64,000 bases of DNA from Vitrella brassicaformis CCMP3155 (lineage: Eukaryota > Protista > Chromerida). Of this stretch, positions 62,284-64,000 are shown piece after piece. The notes beneath the pieces were generated by a model. The model worked only from the letters and a program-made list of their open reading frames with translations. It did no database searches and was not told where the DNA came from. The stretch is taken from the NCBI GenBank assembly GCA_001179505.1, contig CDMY01000581.1, forward strand, positions 1 through 64,000. The letters run 5' to 3'. The translations under genes were made by a program, and so were the position numbers. Position 1 is the first letter of the stretch. Each line of letters begins with the position of its first letter.

Positions 62284-64000
62284 CTAGAGGAACTCGCTCA
62301 GCCACCGTGTGATGGACGTCTGCACCCCCTCGACGGTCCTCAAAAAATTCCCCCTCGCCACCCGTCGGATCGGCAGCAGCGGGTCGATCGGGTCAAAGGG
62401 CGTGTCCAGGAAGATGTTCTGCGTCAGAGGCGTCACGTGCGTCCCGCGGATGACCTCCTTGCGGATCTCGAGGCTGGAGGGGCCCCGCCCGTTGCCGGGC
62501 GCCTGCAGCCTGACGATGCTGGCGGCGTCCTTGAGGACGGTCTCGACGGCGTCTGTCTCGTCGATGGCGTCGTTGTCGAACTGGACGAGCAGAGTGCGGC
62601 GGGTGCGGTACATGCGGGTGGCCGCCTCCTTGACCTCTGCTGGCGTCGGCTCGAACTCACGGACGTCCTGTCAGACATGACATGCAGAGACAGGGATGGG
62701 ATGTGTGTGAGTGGGTGGGTGCTGGGTGGCAGGCGTGTGGCTGACCTCTTTGGCAATGGCGTCAAGGAGTCCTGGGACCTGGTCGATCACCTCCAAGGTC
62801 TGCTTGAACAACGGGATCACCTGCATACAATACACACACCGACACACGTCACATCGGTGGGCAGTGTTCCTTCCTTCCTGTCGTTCGCCCATCCCTCCAC
62901 ACACACACACACACACACGTACCTCCCTCTTGTAGAAGGATGGCGTCAGAATAAAGTTGGACGACGCCTCAGCAAAATCGTCGACGCTTGTGCGGAGGAA
63001 CCTGACCAGCTCACGGAGGTTGCCCGGCACGCTCTGGGTCCTGGAATTCATCAGCTGACTCGCTATCGGCACCACAACCTACACAACACACATGACAAAA
63101 TCAGATAGATGGATGGATGGATGGATCTTCCGTGCAGTACTGACCTCCTCGAAGAAAGGAATCGCCTCTGCTGCTGGCTTGTTGTTGAACGATATCAGCA
63201 CATTGCCCGCACGAGGAGTCCCTAGGATGGACATGACACACCCACACACACAGAGAGTTGACACCAGGGCCCGCGTCCATGCCTCATATATCGTCGCCTG
63301 CCTGCAGACCTGGGAAGAGGCATGAGATGAGTAGGTGGAGTAGGGCGCCGCACGAGTGTCCCACACCCACCACCGGGAGGGCCCCGTACTCACGCGCCAG
63401 AGGAATGGCGATCTTCTCAAAGCGATCCAATATGCTGTCACACGTCTGATTGATAAGTACATATTCATGGCCATGACACACAACCACCACACACAACCAT
63501 TTGCTGTGGGTGGTTGGGTTGCCTTGCCTTGCCCGTCTGCCAGCCTGTTTACCTCCAGGTAGTCGAATGAGAGTCTGTATGGCGATGCGACCACAAGGAA
63601 ACCCTGCTCCGCCAAGCCGGTGAGAAAATACCTATCACACAACACACCGTCTCCGTTCACTCACCCACGCCCCTCCCTACCTGTATGTGAGGTGCGGTGC
63701 CGCCCCCACGAATGCCCCTCCCAGGAAGTGAATCAGTGCCCGTGGCCGCAAATCGGGCGGCGGCCGCAGCAGGAAGTTGCCGCTCATCTCCTCCCACTCC
63801 CCCATCAGACCCACGCCAACACCGCGTCTCGACGACACCCCTTCCTCCCCATCCACCACCTGACCCGGCAGCCGCAGCCCACGAAGGTCGGGGAAGGGCA
63901 GACCCCTAGGGCCTCGCTCCTCCGTCTGGACGTCGCCGCCGTTCTCGTATGGTCGCATGAAGGATGAGAGGGCAGGTCGTCGTGATGGTGATGGCCGGGT
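62284..64000 (-). CDS. DUF1350 family alpha/beta-hydrolase-fold protein (5' end lies beyond the window)
   Basis: LIHFLGGAFVGAAPHLTYR|YFL...LAEQGFLVVASPY, GVGHSCGALLHLLI, GNVLISFNNKPA, LLVQFDNDAIDET, GTHVTPL. The frame is open to the window edge and S/R/P-rich there. Confidence 0.88.

Noticed and set aside
62023-63108. Long antisense ORFs (also 17719-18573, 19265-20326, 35534-36367, 47202-48119)
   Set aside because: These are shadow ORFs produced by high GC3 on the opposite coding strand, and they run through microsatellite introns.

Overview
This is eukaryotic nuclear DNA: GC-rich exons with a strong G/C preference at third codon positions, and many short spliceosomal introns full of (CA)n, (GT)n, (CAGA)n and (CTGT)n microsatellites. 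An ApiAP2 gene and proteins with bipartite plastid-targeting leaders point to a photosynthetic relative of apicomplexans, most likely the chromerid Vitrella brassicaformis (inference). I assembled about 22 intron-containing genes by hand from splice sites and reading phase. They include CruP, Rab GGTase beta, an FMO, a double-HNH endonuclease, acireductone dioxygenase, a DsbA-like protein, URI1, two SET proteins, a GH36 alpha-galactosidase, a myotubularin, an ApiAP2 factor, a Zn-type dehydrogenase, a cNMP-domain ion channel, ERGIC3 and a DUF1350 protein. There is also one tRNA-Pro(CGG), an LTR-like fold-back at the left edge and two 300-N gaps. Best leads: (1) a very divergent Spo11/topoisomerase VI-A-like gene split over many exons and invisible in the ORF track, with the catalytic Tyr and TOPRIM Glu kept but DxD changed to DxN; (2) an almost intronless phage/giant-virus-type NUMOD4-HNH x2 endonuclease with a mitochondrial-type presequence; (3) an in-frame TGA forming a U-x-x-C motif in an otherwise intact spliced gene; (4) introns with complementary CA-rich 5' and GT-rich 3' halves. 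All gene models are manual and unverified by transcript data, and family calls rest on recalled motifs, not database searches.
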